A stretch of DNA of 61,282 nt, counting the filler, from Sphacelaria rigidula (taxonomy: Eukaryota), in NCBI GenBank assembly GCA_964200075.2. It is 7 parts of 7 records of this genome, joined end to end, with 100 filler letters (N's around TTAATTAATTAA, not from the genome) between each part and the next. Parts side by side here need not be neighbours in the genome. Positions count along the whole stretch, not along the records: positions 35,079 to 43,747 come from CAXNAA020010445.1; positions 43,848 to 52,515 come from CAXNAA020010446.1; 5 more parts are not named here. One strand, written 5' to 3'. Both the position numbers and the translations under genes were made by a program. The notes under the pieces were generated by a model. That model had not been told where the DNA came from, made no database searches, and saw only the letters and a list, made by a program, of their open reading frames with translations. Below, piece by piece: positions 35,261 through 49,400 of the stretch (position 1 is its first letter; every line of letters begins with the position of its first letter).

Positions 35261-38200
35261 CAAGCTACAGCCATCGTTCAGGACCACTACGTGGAGAGGA
35301 GCAACCGCATGTTCATCATCAATGCGCCGTCGTACTTCAGCATGATATGGTGACAACATTAGCGCACCTTTGTTTTGGGTGCGAGGTGGCCAATGTGGTT
35401 TAGCGTAGCGCTTGGATGGGTGGAGTGTAGCACACACTCACTTCCTCGGGGGACCTAAACTTAGACCTGTCTCCACGCTATGCCTAGGTCAATCCTGCAT
35501 TTCTATAGCATCTAGCTCATTTTTTTATGTACTGTAGTTCGGGCTGTTGAGCAAGCCCTCGCTTCAATTATATCTTGTGCTAAGACGTGACATATTCCAT
35601 GCCTCGGTCGCCTTTTCTTACAATCTGATATACTCGCCAGCGAACTTCGCTATTATGAGTGCCTTCATGGTCTCAGTGACCATCGCCGCGATCGCCATCA
35701 CATTCTGTATCGCGAAATTCTACACATGAAGAGCACTGTCCCGGGGACCGACAGACTTTTGTAGCTGTATATTATACCGCAAATTGTACGTAGCTGCACC
35801 CCCACGTAAATGCGTACACGCTCTTGGCTGCGCTACCAACCCAACTCAGATTTTTTCCGTCCCTTGCACACAGATCGCGCAGTCATATTGAAACCGATGT
35901 CTTCCTTGTTGGCATGTGTACTGCCAGGCGAGGCATTCGACCGATGCTAAACGAGCGCACGCAGGCCAAAATTGCAATTATCAACAACGACAAGGCGAGG
36001 ATAGCCGCCGCGCTCCTCGACTGTATCGCACCCGAGAACCTTCCCGCGCGGTATGGTGGGACCTGCCCACTGGAGCTGGGAGACAGCGAGGAGGAGAGAG
36101 AGTTGAGAGCGTACGTAGCTAGTATCACGCCTTCGCTGTCAGCTGGCGGCGACAACGGTGGCGGTGACGGTAACAGTGTTGGGCAAACTGAGGAAGACGA
36201 GGTAGAAGTCGATCTCCGCAACGAGTTCGATTTTCCACCAAGTAATAGGAACCTCCCCAGGGGGGTAGAGGCGGTATCCGTTGCTGATTCGCGGCATAGG
36301 CAACAGCCAAAGGTACAGGGCATTGGTTCGACAGTAGCTGCTCGGTCATACGTCGAAAGCGGACACAGTGGCCGGGGGGTGGTACACGGGGAAAGTCAAG
36401 GTGATCTCATCGGCAGCGAAGATGGCGACAGTAGCGTGCCTCCATCTTCGCCCCAGAGGAGTGCAGCTCGGCGCGTGGTGGGCAAGGTCGGCGGGTTGTT
36501 CGGTTGGGCCGGTGGTAAGCTCGCTTGGCGGCGGGCGCCGGCGCCACCCGTGGCGCATCTGGGCGAGGAAAATGCGTTCGTGTATGACAAAGACTTGCAG
36601 CAGTGGATATTGAGACGGGATGCGGGAATGACAAATGAGGCGCGAGGGGGCGATGGTGATGCGAAGGGATCTGGGATGAGCGGTAGTCGCGGGGTGAACA
36701 CAGGTAGATCGGCAGGGCAAGTATCTGCTCCGAGACCAGGGCGTAGTCGAGAGGACAGTATGAAGTCGAACACTTCTGAGGATATGACTGTGTTGGCGAT
36801 ACAGGTGCGTCCGGATGGCCTGCGATGGTCCCCCCGTTTTTTTTTCATATTATGTGCAATGCCGTGCATTGAACGCGCGCTTTTGCGAGCGTCCCTGGTG
36901 TTGAAGCGTTTGTGTTGTGTCGTGTTGTGTTGTGCTCCTCTCCGTCGGCCAAGCAAGACGCGGGGAGCTATGGATTGATAATATTTTGCGTTGCCAATGG
37001 GGTGTGATCGTATTGTATCCTTGTTTACTGCACTCAATGACGGAGTGAAAGGCATCAATTTGCGCACAAGTGCAATCTGGTTCATGGAGTGGGATGTCCT
37101 GTTGACATTCTGAACTTGCTGTGTTTGCACCATCCCTCGGCATAACAGCAGTAGAGCAACCTTCGTGTGTGTAGTTTCCAATCAACGCCATTGCTTGTTG
37201 CCATCCGTGTGATCAATCCCTACAAAGTCGCTGTCACTGGCACAAAACACCGCTCGACGCGCTGCAAGTATGGCGCTGTCACCATCTTTGCTCCTCCCTT
37301 GGTATTTCATACATGTGACCTTTCGCCTCATGCCGTTCACCAGGCAGCGCACTTTTCACTCCAAGAAGCGGCTACAAACAAACTGACACCGTCACCGAAC
37401 ACTCCACCGCCCACGGCGGAAATCGCCTCCAAATCGGCGCCCGCTGTGCGAGACGCTTCTCCGTTCCTTTCGAGGTACGACTCAAGCCACAGTATGACAG
37501 CTTCAAACAGCGAAGTACTATTCACAGAAGGGGGAGGAGGATCGCGAGAATGCAACGATGACGACAAACTCACGCTCTTGTGTCCATGCAGGGTGACGAA
37601 ACCACCCTTCGGATACAACCATGAGACAGGATCTCCGACGGCCACCTCGGCAACGACGTCGACATTCCACCTGTCGTTTGAATCCGTCGGCTATGCCGTC
37701 AGCGTCGCGATTCGAGAATCGATCCCCGTGTGGGCGCTCGCCAGTACACGGGCCGGGGGGCTTGGAGATCACGGGACGGATGATGGTAATGTTGGCCCCA
37801 TTACCGCCACGCCATCACGCATCGGGCTGGCTATCGCAGCAGGAATCATAGCGGCGGAAGCTGGGCAAGCAGTGGTGTCATATAGTTGGGGTCGTGATTG
37901 TTTTTTGGGAAACCGGGGTGGCGGCGGGGGACGGTGGTGTAACAAAAGTAGCCAGGTTGCTGCTATTTACGGACGGCTCGTGACCGTAGCGGGCCTGGGA
38001 GTGGGCCATGTGTTGACGCGGATGCTGGGCCCATCGTCACCGACATCCTCGTCTTCGTCTTCGGCGTCTGATAGCTCTATCATCCCCGCCGCAGTGTTGT
38101 GGACCGCGGTGGTGTCTGTCGTGGCGATGAACCACACTGTGCTCCGGCTTTGCCGTGATGGAAACTCGTGGGCAGTGGGAGGTCGTCGGCGGCGCGTTGT

Positions 38201-38603
38201 CCACGGAGTGGAGGACGAGAGATGTTTCATGGGTGAAGGCAACGGCAGCGAGGCGGATGGCGACGGGACGCACCAGGTGCCACCCCCACGATCATTGATG
38301 GCAAATTCAGGACCGCGGCGATCTACGTTAGCCGCGGATGTCTTGGCCTCTGCCACAGGACCGTTGGTGCTGGCGTTGGGACTGAGCAGTGGCTGGCCCA
38401 CACCATTCGACGCTTCTCTTTGGTTCTTGTTGTACTTGTGCGTGGACATGTGGCTTGCTTTAGGAGCGAGGGGGGGAAATGCGAGACGGCGTATTATCGG
38501 GTTCGGCGGCGGCGACAACGGAGAGGATGGGAAGCGGTCGTTGGAACTGAGCGACCGCGGGCTCTATTCTGCCGCTCCGGGGCAATTTGCTGAATTTGTA
38601 TAG
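35261..38603 (+). CDS. CRAL-TRIO/Sec14-domain protein with C-terminal hydrophobic (putative membrane) region; 5'-partial
   Basis: Exons 35261..35349 (QATAIVQDHYVERSNRMFIINAPSYFSMIW), 35928..36804 (RGIRPMLNERTQAKI...IAPENLPARYGGT), 37344..38603 (to stop), phase-consistent. QDHYxER/FIINAP/LPxxYGG are Sec14 hallmarks. Confidence 0.88.
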
Positions 38604-40749
38604 TGGTGAATAGCCCCCCCTCCCCCCCCCCCCCAAAGCATTTTGTCTGAATAGATTTGCTCGTTTTCCGTTGGTGTAGTCGCCGAACGTTTATCTTGAC
38701 AGAAAATGGACTGCAATGTTTGATGCGTGATGATGTCGTGGTGACTTGCATGCTACTACTTTGGCTGTATGATAGGTTGCGAGTAATCCCCGATGTACGG
38801 TATCTGTGCTGTTGTGATGTAAGTGAACTTCTTGGGGTTAATGTGTGTACATTTCGTCGCTTCAGCCGAGCTTTGTGTACAGTAGTCGACGTTCGAATAC
38901 TTCACTCCATGTAATATTTTTCGCAGACGATATGTCATCCTTCACCCGAAGGTTCGAGAATAGATTAGCGTTAGTAGAAGAAGCAGGTCGGTCATTCATA
39001 GGACACACTTCCCATTTTTTACTTGATGCGGGGACAATGCGGAGTAAACCCCGTTTTCCGGGGGTGGTGTTTACCGTGTTGTGGTTGAAAAAAGCACGGC
39101 GTTTCGGGTGTTGCATAATCAATAGCTCGAAACTTCGAAAAAAGTAGTGCTCTTCTGATGATGTTTCTTCTTTTTCTTGAGCCAGTGTTTCACTTTTGTT
39201 TTGCTCCAGGTATGTCTTTATCATGTTGCCACACCTGGATCCCGGGGGGATCAGTTCAAGTGCGACAATTAAATCAAGCGAAACAATCTTCACAACGAAG
39301 GGGGTTGGTTCCGTCGAGCGAAATAACAAAGAGCAAGAGCCGGGGGCAAAGTACTCGTGGAACCCCCGACGACCGGTCAGCCCATGAGTCGTTCAAAAAT
39401 GATGGTGGAAACGATTATTTCGCAACCAGTGTCGGGTGCGAATATCTCTGCATTCCCGAAGTTTGGGGGATGAAAATTCATGAGTGATGAGTCTTGGTGG
39501 TAACCGAAAACGGTAAGAATGTCATCAGTCGAAGATCGAGAATCTAAAACATTCGAGTGTCTACTACATTTGGCACGGGATGTACGAGAATCCTTGCGGT
39601 CGAACGAAGGCACTTGTTCGGTTTTCCAGCTGTTCTGACATGATACTGCACTGCAGCAGGAACTCTAACTTGAATGGAGAGGAAGGTAGGTTAACCTGTG
39701 TTTGACCGCCACATATGCGGCCAACAGTAACACGTGAGTTTTTTTCGATATATTTTTTGAACGCTAATCCGCTTGGCCAACTGCATTCAAGCGGGTAACG
39801 AAACGCTCTACTACCAACCTCTACCCTACAGTGCGCCATCACACAATATTGATGGCGGGTCTGGGTAGATGAGCACCACTGGCGAGTGCGGTTCTACGGT
39901 GGAGGTGTGCACATGTTTATTCTGAGGCTCTGCCCTTGAGGAGCGTCTCGATGACAAACGTTTGGGCCTTAGTTTGCAGCCTACAAGAACTTCCAGACTA
40001 GAAGGTGTACCCATACTACTGTAGAATCACTTTGACCTGCCTGTAGGAGGAAAACGTCACGCCCCACACACGCTGGGATTCGTGTTGTGCAAGAGCTCCA
40101 CGTAACAGGCGGACCATGAAAAACGGAAATACAGTACTGGATGATGGAGCCTGCAGTGTTCCTCTTTGCCTGCTGTAGTCCCACTTCGTACATGAAGCTG
40201 TGGAGACGCTATTTCGCAGGGTATCTGTGAGCCGCCGTCTTCGGGACGAAACACGGCGCACCCGAGCGATCAAGGAGCCATGCTACGATAGATATCATAG
40301 GGGCAAGGGGTATTTTGGTCGATTTCTTCCACTTCGAATCGTCGTTGAAAGCAGCAACGGTTGCTCAAACAAGCTTGTTCCCGACAAGTGACGCTCGTTC
40401 ACACTACCAGACACCGTATTTAACCAAATACAAGGGGACCGCGAGTAACGATGTTTTCGTGAGATTGTGAGCAGAGGATACGATTGAGAGTGAGAAGCGG
40501 TCAATTATTAATGAATGAAAAGTTTCAGTTCCGAAATGTCCCTCCATCGCGCCCGATAGGCTTTTTGTAGTCGCTTGCCACTGAAGCCCTTGATATCCCT
40601 GAGTAGGATATCGACATGTAGCTGTAAGCACACGCCAGTGTCACAGGAAAAGAAAAGCACACACAGAATGAAAAAATGGTCTAGGTGAAGCGAGTGATAA
40701 AGACCCACTCTCAATCAACGCTCTAGAATCAAACTCACGAAAAAACATT

Positions 40750-43747
40750 GTTGAGTGTGGTGAGCCGTCTGACACATCTAGGAGGCCCTTCTTTCGTGGA
40801 TCCGAACACCCCCCCGCTCTATGCTAGAAGCCTGGTCCGGCGAAAAAAACCCGGCGTGCTCCGTCCCGGCTTCCTAGGGATGGGAAGTCAATGGTCATTT
40901 GACTGTGGCGTGCAAGATCATGAGTGCACCCCCCCCTATCGTAGCATGAGTCCAAACGGATTTCAGCGTAAAGTGGGAGCATGAACCATACAATACGAAA
41001 CCATACGAGCTGGGCCAGCCAATAGTAGGCGTGAACCTCGCTCACGCGACGCACGGCGCGATATTAGGAGTTGGACGCCGAAATTTTGACAGCAGCTTTT
41101 TATAATCAAAATGCAGAAGATCACGGTTCTAGAAAATTTAAAAAGTAAAAGTCAAGGAAGTTATGGGGATTTGAAATCTCGGGGGGAAACTGGATAATTG
41201 TCATGAGGAAGGAAGATAGAGAGGCGTTATTTGTTCCTTCAGGCAGTTTTGGGGCAGGTTGGCTCACAGATCACTCGATCGTGTCGCCGCGATCAAGCGT
41301 GAATACATGCAAATGGATGTCAAGAAATTATGGCATATCAAACCCATGCCTGCTGCAGACAATGAGGACTCTGGCCAGTTTACGACCGCTCTCACTTCCT
41401 CTATGCGACGAATGATGCGCAATATCCTTGAGTTTGCCGATGCAACTGGTCAAGAACGCTTCGAAATTCTGACTGGATCGATGGCTGGCAAACACCGCTG
41501 CATAAGGCTTTGCACCGCTCAATCAACCGTCGCTCCCCTGACGTTATTGCCTCTTTGACGCAGATTCTCGATTCCTTCTTCGCCGCCGTGGACCAAGATC
41601 GTGCCAGCGGGCAACCAGCGCCGTTATCATTCAGCAATTTGGAAAGGCGTTTCATAGGTTACTTTGATAAGTCTGATCAGGCAGGCGCCATCAAGCGCCT
41701 CAGTTCCTTCGTCGTGGCAACAGACGTACCATTTGCCGACTACCTCCGCGAATTCAACCTTTTGGTGTCGAGTGTGACTGGTACCGGGCGACAGAATGAC
41801 CCTAGTGATGCTATGTGTCAAACATACGTTCGCAATAGTATCGCTCAGCAATTTCCGACGCTGATGCCGTCCTTGTTTCCGGGCGCTTTGACGCACAAAG
41901 AAGTGCCTTACGCCTCCGTAGACGCGATGTGGAATGCATTTGTAGATCAGGAACATAATTTAACACCTGCCATTCGTGGCGAACAGTGTTCTTCTGGGTC
42001 TTCGCAGCCCTTGCGTGCCGCTTCAACGAGTGCCTCCGGGCTTGTGGACGCACTCCGACTTTGTCCAATAATACTTGGACACCAAACTCTGACGGAGGAT
42101 CGGTCAGGCCTGTTCGTAACAAAAGAGACCCGTTCCGTGCAAGCTTCGATGCTTGGCCTTTTTCGGCAGACACGTTTGATGGCATTTATGTCGTTTCCAC
42201 GACTGCTTTCATCACCGATGACCCACATTTGTGGACCTCCTTGCTATCGCCTTCGGCTCGAAGGGATGCTTTTCGTCGCCATGCTAACACATGCATTTAA
42301 CTGCAATGGTACTGGCCACAGAAAACAAGATTGCCCTGAACCTTGCATTAATATTTTTTCGCTCATGAACCCTGAACTTCAGAGCAACAGGCAGGCGTGG
42401 CGCCGATGGCAAAATCGCATGCGCGAGTATACTCCAGCTTCTCGCCACCCTCGCCAGCCTTACCAAGCTCATAGCGACTCTTGTTCGAATCGCGACCGCC
42501 GCCACACCACTAACACAGTCTCAGGGACTTGCCATAGAGATAGTACTTTCCGCCCTTCTCAGTCTTCGCATGGTCATCACCAGCGAACAGGGCCGACTCA
42601 CCACAACACCAACCCCAATGCCAGAAACCCTGGTTCTTTTATGACGGATCGCAACGACGCATGACACGCCGACGACGGCGTGAAGTCTTCGGCGCCGCCG
42701 ATAGCAGAATCGAAGACTCATCCAACACACAACACCGCTTGGGTGACAAAACGTTCTCACCCATCACTATTCAGAAGATCAATTGACGGCCGTTCTTCAC
42801 GACCCCCGTTTTTATCTTCATCTACCCAGCGTAACCGTTGTGTTGACTCACAACCCAGCTCTATGCTTGGCTCCAGAATTGGTCCTCCGGAATTAAGTAT
42901 AAATCTGAGGTGTGGGAAGACCGATCGCGGACCCTTCAGGCACAGGCTTCCCTCAACGACCGCACGCACCGGTTGTAGCAGACTTCCTTCACCTGGTTCT
43001 GGCGTTGATGGTTCGAAACTGACCGCTTCAAACCTTTCGACTCCCACCCGGCCTGATCATAGTCCTTTTTCGCGCCACTCTTCTGCTGCGAAACTACCCC
43101 GGCGTTCAGCGGACAACACTCGTCCCCTTTCACATTTAGCAGTGCCCTTTGTACCGAGCTTGCCAGCGGAGAGTCCACATGTTTCGGCCGAGCATGCCCC
43201 GATGTTGACGACATCACCTCAACTGGACGCAATTGCAGTTTCCCAAGAAGTCTTGGAAGTTCCCAGTCATTTGTCATGGCACGAGAGGAAGCCTCGTCGT
43301 CATGCCCCCACGGAAGCGCGAGCATTGACACGCCCCCCTCCCGTCAGAGGAAATTCCGACCTCATTCTCCCCCAAAAGCGGCGACTTTGAGCTCGATGAC
43401 ATTGCCAGGCATCCCAGAGGAATCAAAATCGGACCTTTCCGACGGTATCGCATCCTCCACCGATGACCCCTGTCGCACTTCGCAGCAATCTCTATTCAAC
43501 AATGATCCTTGTACTCCCAAGCCAGTGATCTACAAGATTGATCAAAATCATGATTCACGCTGCCCTTCACGATCGGATCAGACCCCCACGATGTCTACCG
43601 ATACCTTCGAACTCCCCCGCGGATCACCCGCCATCCGTTTTTACGGTCAGTCCAACTACTCCTTACCAGTTCACCTTAAACAAAAAATTGTGCGAATTGA
43701 GGTTTAACTTCGAGATGAGGCTCAAGCCCAAAACAGTGCTGTCCCCA
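40750..43747 (+). mobile_element. Degenerate LTR retrotransposon: putative LTR/leader plus frameshifted gag; truncated by contig end
   Basis: Overlapping ORFs 41203-42664 rejoin across frameshifts; the zinc knuckle C-I-N-C-NGTG-H-RKQD-C (CX2CX4HX4C) is split by a frameshift at ~42298; capsid-like PFADYLREFNLLVSSV helix; leader repeated at 33825. Confidence 0.75.
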
Positions 43748-43847
43748 NNNNNNNNNNNNNNNNNNNNNNNNNNNNNNNNNNNNNNNNNNNNTTAATTAAT
43801 TAANNNNNNNNNNNNNNNNNNNNNNNNNNNNNNNNNNNNNNNNNNNN
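43748..43847. other. Artificial contig-join linker
   Basis: N44-TTAATTAATTAA-N44. Confidence 0.98.
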
Positions 43848-43861
43848 TTGTGAGAAAAAAT

Positions 43862-43940
43862 ACCAGATTGCTCCGAGATTTGAACCCACGACCCAATCGT
43901 CAGGAGGTTTCGACGTTACCAACTGAGCCACCGGGGCGAC
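43862..43940 (-). mobile_element. tRNA-derived SINE head (Pol III A and B boxes)
   Basis: Reverse complement GTCGCCCCGGTGGCTCAGTTGGTAAC...GGGTTCAAATCTCGG: A box TGGCTCAGTTGG, B box GGTTCAAATC; acceptor stem does not close, so not a functional tRNA. Confidence 0.75.
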
Positions 43941-44654
43941 TGGTTTCAGTATGATACCAATATGATCATTTTCATCTGACATAGGAGGTATTGTAACTTT
44001 TTCGTAGTCCGCGATTTCCAATGGTGTTTGCGCGTTCCACCGCTCATCCCAGCGAGCGGTTGATCTCAACGTTTGGTAGTCTGGAGATACTAGGCATCCG
44101 CTCCACATTCCGAAACAGAAATCGTCTGTGCGCTCAATATTGAACGACTTCCGAGATGAATTAACAGGGAGTGTTATCATTGATCTTTTTCGGTTTCGAA
44201 GACAATCATTTCCAATATATATTGCGCACACTAATCGCTTAGATATTGTGCACGCAATATATATTGAAGAAGCTTGCGGAGGAATATGTTGAGCGTTTTC
44301 ACCATCTGGTGATCCATTTTTCAGTGGCACCCGCGAACATATAACTGCCCACCATACTAATTCCTATACATACATATTGAATCAGTATTATATATAGTTC
44401 GATGTATATATTGTGATGGCCGATTCCCTCATGTATTGCGGGCCCAATACATATTGAATGCAGTGACGCACGACATATTGATGCGGCAATATAAATTGGC
44501 GCTTCGGCTGTTGAGTATGTTCAATCGTCAATATGTATTGACCTCGTGTGGCAGCCAAAATATTACTTAACGATTATAGCTTGGCACCTTATCGCACCAA
44601 TATATGTTGAGGTGACGCGTATCGAGATATATTGCTCGGTCGATATAATATGTA

Positions 44655-45980
44655 CATGTATCATTTCACATTTTTCACCACTTTTGGCGAGTTTTCTCTG
44701 GCGGCAAGGCATTTTTTCCCGCGCTTTTTTTTGCAGCGCACTGAGGAGGCTCAGCAGTACATTGCCGTTCAGGTTTGGGTGTCATCTCATAGCTGTGGCG
44801 CGTGTTCTGGTCACCGAAAGTGGCTCGAACTGACCCTTTTTCGCGGGGTGTCGATCCCGAACCACAAAAGCCTTTTCAAGATAATGGAAAACTTGAGACA
44901 AGAACCCGATCCACAAAAAATCCTGTTGAATATCATGGAAATTTTCAAACATGATTATTTCTGGCGAAACCCGATGTAGAGCGAAACGACTGCCCCGAGA
45001 GCTCGTTCGGGTTGCGTCGTAGGCTTGGGAGCCCAACCTCTCAACACCATGTCTTCACGCAATGAAAGAGCCGGAACCTGCTTCGTGCGGATCAGCGGCA
45101 GGCGGGGGCGCATGGGGAAAGAACTTACTTGTCAACCATTGGTGAGCTCATGGTGACTCGCCCATGCTATGTGCCTTTTCTTGCGAATAAAATTGGAGAG
45201 GGATCCGAACAGGCGCTACCATCGCACAGACCTGCCGAAGTTTCGCCAGAAATAATCATGTTTCTCTTTATTTCTGGCGAAGTTTCCCCGTGTTTCTCTT
45301 CGTCGTGTTCTCGTTCATTTGTGAGCACGAACACACCGGCTATGCCGTCAATATCACGAGAACATCGGAGCAAAGCAGTTGAAAACAATTGAATATTGCC
45401 TTGGCCTTCGTCAGTAGCAAACACAAGACCGTGCAATGGGCCGTTGGCGAGTCGAATAAAGCACACAGGATGGCAGCACAGGAATATTCTGCAGCAAAAA
45501 CAACCAAGCTATTTTAAAAAGAGGTCCGGTGATGTGAAAGTCACAGCGATGTACAAAGAACGTGCCAAGAATGTTCCACGCATTCCAATTTTTTGGGAGT
45601 GCCTCCCGCTGTCATGTCTTCGTGGCACGAGAGCTACTTCGCACTTTGGCACCTCGGAAATACCACACGTATATATCCTACGCCAGCGGTTCCACCGTCG
45701 GCCTCCGCCCGAATTTGCACATTTCCGAACGACATCCGATCACATAAGCGATGTTTTGTACAGCCACGATCACCATGCTGTACATTGAGAGACAACAGCC
45801 TCTCTTGACCCGTAGACCACGAGGGTAGGCCACCTGCTGAATCGGCATCAATTTTCACTTGAAAAACATATGCGTGATCCAGATGGACTACCCGCACCGC
45901 GGTCTAAGGGTTGACCATATATTTTCGACTTGCGTCACCCCCGGAAGGCCCGTACCAACCTCCCGAAGGGAAAACTTGCA
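44655..45980 (+). repeat. ~1.3-kb dispersed repeat inserted in an ATATTG-rich element
   Basis: Similar to 28275-28880 plus 29895-30315; flanks share CATATTGAA...CGACATATTGA..GGCAATATA (44445-44495 and 46085-46135). Confidence 0.8.
45809..45910. mobile_element. piggyBac-type MITE, third copy
   Basis: TTGA|CCCGTAGACCAC...CGCGGTCTAAGGG|TTGA; internal TGAATCGGCATCAATTT as in 3335-3435. Confidence 0.8.
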
Positions 45981-46127
45981 TTTCATAATATATTGTGTTG
46001 CATGTCTCGAGCCTTCACATATTTATGACACGATATATATATATATACTAATACGTCTCTCTCGTGCAATTTTATTGCTCGGCCAGTACATATTGAACAC
46101 GCAACACGTCGACATATTGAGCGGGCA

Positions 46128-46159
<32 letters not shown>

Positions 46160-46443
46160 TATTACACATTGTATTGTCCAGGGTGTGGAATTCGTCCTGG
46201 TGCATTTGAGCCCCTGCTTCATCGCAGGTTCGGCGAAACCCTTGATCGTGTGAAAATATACCCCATTGCCAGATGCGTAGTTGCCAACTTGAGATTAATC
46301 GTTGACCTTAACTGCTGCAAGGTCTCATCACTATCAACTACAATCTAACGCTCGCCATCTAGGTTCAGCCCGTCGAGCAAAACGCACCGAGAGACACGGA
46401 CAACGGACCAAGGGAGCCGGAAAGCAGCCGTCACCGTCGCGCC

Positions 46444-49400
46444 ATGCGCGACCCGATCTCGATAAACTTCCGAACTTCGCCGGAGGCACCCTCTGCGCCA
46501 CGTAGAGGTGCGCCGGCTGCTGCAGCAGCACGTGATGCTGCCGCTGCTGGTGACGCCGCGGCCGCCTCTCCTGTAGGAGGGCCTGATGATGCTCAGACTA
46601 TGGAGAGAGCCTTGTTCACCTCCACGTCGAACCGCGTGGGCTATAACCCGCCTTCGGCAATCGCAAGCTCTACCCATCGTGGGCTCGGACACGATGGGGG
46701 AGAAAACGATAAGGCAGGCGGACAGGCGGCTCGGTCTTCGGCGAGCTCCTCCTCGCCAGTGATGGACGGAGGACGTTTCGCGAAATCAAATAGTCCGAGC
46801 GCTGAGAAAGATGTTTTGCCACAAGAGGATTCTAGAATGAAAGACACGAAAACGCCCCCGACAAAATCGAGAGACTCTCAAGCCGCGAGCGTCACTGAGG
46901 TGAACATTCAAAGGCCCCAGCAAGCACCAAACCCTGTGGAACTAGTGGCTGCGTTTGGACCGATTCCAAGAACGTATTCTGCGGCCGGTGATAGTGTGCG
47001 GTTGCACGTGCCCGTTGGGTGTATGCCGGAGACGAACAAGGCGGGGCCAGTTACCATCCACACCAGCGACAGGTACTTGGTGCAGTGCGGAGAGGAGCTC
47101 TTCTTGATTTCGGAGGTAGTCGACTGTCAGCCTTCGGGCTTGACGTTTGACATACCGTTGCACCTGGATTTTCGTGTCGGGGAGAGCGGCTTGAAGAAGG
47201 TGCACGAGGGGAAAGATGAGACGGGTGAAATCGACGAGCTCGGAAACGAACAACTCGAAATCGGAGAACCGGCAGGGTATTTGCACGCTCTGATGAAAAG
47301 GCACAAGGTGACACATTGTACGTGGTTAAACGGTAGGTGCAAGGCTTTGATGAAAAGTGATAATCATTCCTCTTCAGGGAAACATTTACGCCGTCTACGT
47401 ACTCTCCCGCGGTGTCCACAATGATCGCCGAGAATAGACAATGACCCATTTTCTAGATAGATCGAGGGACGTCCGTTTTCGTTTGCGTCCCGAGAGAACG
47501 CTCACGCAGTCAAAGGGGGGTAACCGTGTGCACCCACAAATACTCCTTTTTGACATGATACATACTTATCTACAAATGATTATTCACACGAAAAACGTGG
47601 GTATTTGAACGAAACACACGAATGATCAAGCGAGTGTTCGCGAGGCCATCCTAAGTGTTGATGTGTTCATGTTGAAAGCTTGTGAGCTCCCCTCTGCAAG
47701 TTCAAATGTCCATACGTTCAGCGGAATGCTCACAAAGTTCAATGTTCAGGGAGCCACTTGAGGTGTGCACGGCCCCCGTGTGACAAAGAAAACACTGGGG
47801 CGTTCATATGCACTTACCAACGTCCATGCGTCTTAAATATTTGTGGAGATGATTGGGCGAGGGCAGGAGATACTTCCACCAACACTATGATCAAAACTGA
47901 CACTGCTGCTGGAGATTTTGTCTACGCTATGTCTACCACTCAATTGCCTCCCAGGCGAGTTCAACGAGTTCTTGCCGCATATGACACGACACGCAGGCCC
48001 GCAGGACCGTGTAGAGAGTGGGGGACTGTCGTAGATCATTGTACTCTTGACGTGGAGTGCTTCAGCTGCTCGACTTCTGCTTTCATCGAAAAAGGGTAGG
48101 GTGTATGAATAGGCTGAGAAAGGGTTCCGTAAATTATGCCCACGTAGCGGTCGGATCACGCAAGATCTTCCCAACATTCGGTGCGAGCGTCTGCCGTCAC
48201 CGTTCGAGTCCGTGGTGATATCGGCATCGGACCATTCGCCGCAGAGATATATGAGTCGCCATGCGCAAGTTACAGGCGAATGAAAACAAGCGCAATCAGC
48301 CGTGGAAGAAATTTGAGCGTGAATGTGCAAATCGTGAGGGTGAATGTTCTGTTTTCAACAACACCACGATCAATAGAGCGATCACCGGGGGCGTTCACAC
48401 GGAGGAATAGACGGTTTTCGTCGTCCGACGGCTGTTCAGGTGGAACATGCGGCGATCCGCTTCATCCCACTTAAACATCCCACCCTCTGCTGACAGACCC
48501 GCATGTTATTCGTTGTTTTGCCCACCAAATTCACCATGGACCGGTGCGCGTTTCACCTGAAATCACACTATGCCGGCAAAGCACTCAGCCGCAGTGCTGT
48601 ATCCTGACCATTGGAGTTCAAACTGACTGATGTCGACAATTAGTTACTTGATGAGCTCCGTCACGCTTTGTTACAGCGTAATCATTTTTTTGGTTGGTTC
48701 GCGGCATGACTGTCGATGACTGCTTGGTTCCAACAACGATGTTGGTCTCTACGATATCAGTACGTGTTTGGTTTTTATGTTCACCACTTGTTTCGCTTGG
48801 GGAATGATGTATGGTGTAGCTATCTGTGGCGTTCCTGTGCCGGAGACCTGTGTGGAGTGTATTAACTATGAGTCGCTCTTGAGATCACTTGGGGAAACGG
48901 AACACACATGTGCATAGGTGAAGGCTGATGATCGATTGAATCGCGTGAGCAGCGCGGCAGGTCGATATGCTGAGCGCGACTACAACATCGGGTACTGTAT
49001 CGAATATCCGAGCGCATCACACCGTATCGACCGTTCAACCCCACCACACTCGCTGTTCTCTACACGTTATCTAAAATGGGCACGAAGGAGGAGGATAAGC
49101 AGTGATTGCTACCGCGGGGGTGTAGACGGCACTCATATATACGTACCTAGTTGTATTCAACTGACTATCAGACATCATTCCAATATTTGCATTTCACGAA
49201 GTGTTCATGCGTGTGATGAGTTTCCGTGCGTTGTACCTGAGGGTCGGTCATTTTGTACGAGCGAGCCACCCGTAGAGGACAAAGCAATAACGCGCGAACG
49301 CCCCGCAAGTTATCAGCATGGTCATGTGTGACGAAAGACAAAATCTCCTGAAAATTTCAAAACCCACCTCGAATATTGGCGGCGATGATGGCAAAGGGCC

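Noticed and set aside
38862-39613. Minus-strand coding-like ORFs downstream of the Sec14 gene
   Set aside because: Interrupted by a stop and frameshift with no recognisable motif; cannot support a gene call.
43862-43940. Functional tRNA gene
   Set aside because: A and B boxes are present but acceptor and anticodon stems do not form properly; better explained as a SINE head.
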